Below, one piece after another: positions 61,469 to 64,000 of a stretch of 64,000 nucleotides of DNA. The notes under the pieces are model-generated. The model was not told where the DNA came from, made no database searches, and was given only the letters and a program-made list of their open reading frames with translations. The DNA comes from Cellulomonas sp. NTE-D12. Lineage in GTDB: Bacteria > Actinomycetota > Actinomycetes > Actinomycetales > Cellulomonadaceae. A program made the translations under genes and the position numbers. The stretch is taken from contig NZ_AP026442.1 of the NCBI RefSeq assembly GCF_027923705.1, positions 132,853 to 196,852 of the forward strand. The letters run 5' to 3'. The stretch's first letter is position 1, and each line of letters opens with the position of its first letter.

Positions 61469-62824
61469 ATGTCCGTCTCTGCCATGCACCCGGCGCCGCC
61501 AGGCCGCACCGGCCTGCGGTCCCGTGCCGCCCGCAGCACCCAGTCCCTCGCCCTGCGCCGTGAGGTCGCCGGCGCGCTCGTGTCCGTCGCCGGTCTGCAC
61601 AACCGTCCGGTGCGCGACGCCGACGGCAACGAGGTCGGCCGCGTCGACGACGTCGTCGTCCACTGGGACAGCGGCTACTCGCCGCTGACCGGCCTCATCG
61701 TCCGCGTCGGCGCCCGTCGCACCTGGGTGCACGCCCAGGACGTGATCACGATCGAGCAGCAACAGGTCCTGCTCCGCTCCACCCGCTTCGACCTTCGGGA
61801 CGTGGTGCGGCGCGAGCGGGAGCTGCAGCTGCTCGGGGACGTGATCGACCACCAGCTGGTGGACGTCGCCGGGATCCGGGTGGTCCGCGCCTCCGACCTG
61901 TACCTCACGCAGGTGTACGGCGTGTGGCGGCTGGTGGGGGTGGACGTCTCCCTTGCCTCGCTGCTGCGTCGCGTGCTGCCCGGCGGGTGGGGCCGGCGGC
62001 CGAGCCCCAGCCAGGTGCTCGACTGGTCGAGCATCCAGCCCTTCGGCGTGCCGGGGGAGTCGGTACGGCTGCGTCGCGGGCACACCGAGCTCCACCGGAT
62101 GCGGGCGGCGGACCTCGCCGACCTGCTGGAGAGCCTGGGACGTGCCGAGCGGCGCGAGCTGCTCGAGGGTCTGGAGCCGGAGACGGCGGCCGACGCCCTC
62201 GAGGAGATGAACCCGCGCGACCTGAACGACCTGCTGCGGGACGCGCCCGTCCAGCAGGCCGCGGACCTGGTCGCGGCCATGGAGTCCGACGAGGCGGTCG
62301 AGGCGCTGCGCGAGATGCCGGAGGAGGAGCGCAGCGAGCTGCTCGACGCGATGTCCGAGGTGCGCGGTGCCGAGCTCGGTGCCCTGCTCGAGTACGACGA
62401 GGAGACGGCTGGCGGCTACATGACGTCGCGGCTGGTGCGGCTGCACTCCGAGCGGACGGTGGCGGACGCGATCGCCGCGGTCCGGGCGGACGCCGCCCGG
62501 GGCGAGACGCCGGCCGGCGTGGTGGTGGTCGACGACGACGGCGCGCTGGTGGACGACGTGTCCCTGGTCGAGCTGCTCGGCGTCGACCCGTCCACGCCGC
62601 TCGGTCGCGTGGTCGGCGCACCGTGGCCGGTCACCGTGCCGCTGGGCGCGGGGCTGGAGGACGTCGTCGAGCGGATGACGGACAACCGCGGCTCGTCGGT
62701 GCTGGTGGTCGACGACCGCAACCGGCCGGTGGGCCGGATCCTGGCCGACGACGTGGTGGACGCCCTGGTGCACCAGGACGACCGGCGGTGGCCGTGGCAG
62801 CGCCGTGCGGGGAGCGCGTCGTGA
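61469..62824 (+). CDS. cytosolic PRC-barrel + MgtE_N + CBS-pair protein (no membrane domain)
   Basis: The MgtE_N helical domain reads ...LLEGLEPETAADALEEMNPRDLNDLLRDAPVQQAADLVAAMESDEAVEALREMPEEERSELL.... Two CBS motifs follow (GGYMTSRLVRLHSERTVADAI..., ...VTVPLGAGLEDVVERMTDNRGSSVLVVDD...). Confidence 0.65.
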   Translation: MSVSAMHPAPPGRTGLRSRAARSTQSLALRREVAGALVSVAGLHNRPVRDADGNEVGRVDDVVVHWDSGYSPLTGLIVRVGARRTWVHAQDVITIEQQQVLLRSTRFDLRDVVRRERELQLLGDVIDHQLVDVAGIRVVRASDLYLTQVYGVWRLVGVDVSLASLLRRVLPGGWGRRPSPSQVLDWSSIQPFGVPGESVRLRRGHTELHRMRAADLADLLESLGRAERRELLEGLEPETAADALEEMNPRDLNDLLRDAPVQQAADLVAAMESDEAVEALREMPEEERSELLDAMSEVRGAELGALLEYDEETAGGYMTSRLVRLHSERTVADAIAAVRADAARGETPAGVVVVDDDGALVDDVSLVELLGVDPSTPLGRVVGAPWPVTVPLGAGLEDVVERMTDNRGSSVLVVDDRNRPVGRILADDVVDALVHQDDRRWPWQRRAGSAS

Positions 62825-64000
62825 GCGCCCGGACGCAGGGCGCCCCGACGCAGGGTGTCCAGACGACGAGCGAGGCCGACGCCCTCGACCAGCGGGTGCC
62901 GCGCCGGATGCGGATGAAGGTCGCGCTCGCGGCGCTCGGGGCGGTGGTCGGCCCGGGCCTGATCGCCGGCCTGTCCGACGACGACCCCGCCGGCATCACC
63001 ACGTACTCGGTGCTCGGCACCAACTACGGCTACCGCCTGCTGTGGGTGCTCACGGTGTCGACCGTGGCCCTGATCCTGTTCCAGGACCTGGGTGCCCGCA
63101 TCGGCGTCGTCACCGGTCAGGGCCTCGCCGGCCTGATCCGGCAGCGGTACGGCGCGCGCGCCGGTGTGCTGTCGATGGCGGCGCTGCTGCTGGCGAACAT
63201 CGGCACCACCACGGCGGAGTTCGCGGGCATCGCCGCGGGGTTCCAGATCTTCGGGGTGAGCCGGTACATCTCCGTGCCGATCGCCGCGGTGATCGTGTCC
63301 ACGCTGGTGCTCCGGGGCGGGTTCCGCGGCGTGGAGCGGGTGCTGCTCGCGCTGTCGGCGGTCTTCGTCGCCTACATCGCGGCCGGGATCCTCGCCAAGC
63401 CGGACTGGGGTGCGGCGCTGACCGGCTCGGTGGTGCCGTCGATGCCGACCGGACGGGACGCGATCCTGATCGCCACCGCCACGCTCGGCACCACGCTCGC
63501 GCCGTGGGGGCTGGCGTTCATCCAGTCCTACGCGGTGGACAAGCGGCTCACCCCCCGCGAGCTGGGGCTGCTGCGGTGGGACGTGATCACCGGTGCGGTG
63601 CTCACGGGCGTGATCGGCTTCTTCGTCGTCATCGCGACCGCCGCCACGCTGCACAAGCGCGGCCTGACCATCCAGGACGCCTCGGACGCCGCCGTGGCCC
63701 TGGAACCGCTCGCCGGCCGCCTGGCCTCCCAGCTGTTCGCGGCCGGGCTGATCGGTGCCGCCCTGCTCGCGGCGTCGATCCTGCCGCTGTCCACCGCCTA
63801 CTCGGTGGCGGACATCGCGGGGCGCCCCGCGGCGCTGGACGACTCGATCGCGGAGGCGCCGCTGTTCTACGGCACGTTCGCGTTCGTCACCGTCACCGGT
63901 GTGGTGCTGGTGCTGCTGCCGGGCGTCTCCCTGGTGCCGGTGCTGGTGGGCACGCAGGTGATCAACGCGGTGCTGCTGCTGCCGCTGCTCGGCTACATGT
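62821..64000 (+). CDS. mntH: NRAMP-family divalent metal (Mn2+/Fe2+) transporter MntH-like, 3' partial
   Basis: The GTG at 62821 overlaps the upstream stop (GTGA). The translation is ...VVGPGLIAGLSDDDPAGITTYSVLGTNYGYRLLWVL...ANIGTTTAEFAGIAAG...; the DPGN-like and MPH-region motifs are present. Confidence 0.75.
   Translation, partial: MSARTQGAPTQGVQTTSEADALDQRVPRRMRMKVALAALGAVVGPGLIAGLSDDDPAGITTYSVLGTNYGYRLLWVLTVSTVALILFQDLGARIGVVTGQGLAGLIRQRYGARAGVLSMAALLLANIGTTTAEFAGIAAGFQIFGVSRYISVPIAAVIVSTLVLRGGFRGVERVLLALSAVFVAYIAAGILAKPDWGAALTGSVVPSMPTGRDAILIATATLGTTLAPWGLAFIQSYAVDKRLTPRELGLLRWDVITGAVLTGVIGFFVVIATAATLHKRGLTIQDASDAAVALEPLAGRLASQLFAAGLIGAALLAASILPLSTAYSVADIAGRPAALDDSIAEAPLFYGTFAFVTVTGVVLVLLPGVSLVPVLVGTQVINAVLLLPLLGYM

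Overview
This window is high-GC (about 70%) actinobacterial chromosomal DNA, dense with GC3-biased coding sequence on both strands. It has three parts.

The left flank (1-11.9 kb) is core-like:
- a truncated HSL-family esterase and a THUMP/N6-adenine RNA methyltransferase;
- two TetR regulators and a DinB_2-like protein;
- a PAS-PAS-GAF-PP2C sensor phosphatase and a Zn-ADH gene remnant;
- an ABC-2 exporter pair and an MFS/TetR efflux pair with a palindromic operator.

The accessory region (12-36.3 kb) starts at a tRNA-Gly(CCC) gene (11998-12068). A tyrosine integrase sits next to it, and a perfect 45-bp direct repeat of the tRNA 3' half lies at 12026-12070 and 28685-28729. Together these delimit a roughly 16.7-kb integrative mobilizable element. 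Its cargo is:
- a putative three-gene defence module: a DUF2971-like protein, an SRA-HNH Type IV-like endonuclease, and a membrane-anchored UvrD-like helicase carrying an inserted PD-(D/E)xK nuclease-like domain and a topoisomerase-type Zn ribbon;
- an 18-bp polypyrimidine minisatellite;
- a DnaB-C-like protein with a degenerate Walker A;
- a MobF/TrwC-type relaxase (TraA) with Xis and a candidate oriT with iterons;
- a HEPN-like protein and a decayed HepT-MntA toxin-antitoxin pair;
- a DUF4143 AAA ATPase.

Downstream of attR (28.7-36.3 kb) is a second, decayed accessory block. It holds DUF4304, DUF4238, a flotillin, a PH/DUF3592 membrane protein and a paralogous DUF4143 ATPase. It also carries a degenerate orphan copy of the relaxase leader/iteron region.

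The right flank (36.3-64 kb) is core-like again:
- an ABC-2 pair, an anti-sigma-like HATPase, a patatin, a soluble PAS-MCP, and MFS/TetR pairs;
- an OmpR/histidine-kinase pair and a DUF4232 lipoprotein;
- a complete ydiF-ydiO-ydiQRST-fadK-like (fixABCX/acyl-CoA dehydrogenase/CoA-transferase/acyl-CoA ligase) cluster with an OFA-type MFS transporter;
- an FBP zinc-finger protein and a ClC channel;
- an MgtE_N/CBS cytosolic protein translationally coupled to a partial NRAMP transporter.

All calls come from reading the translations and DNA. No database search was possible.
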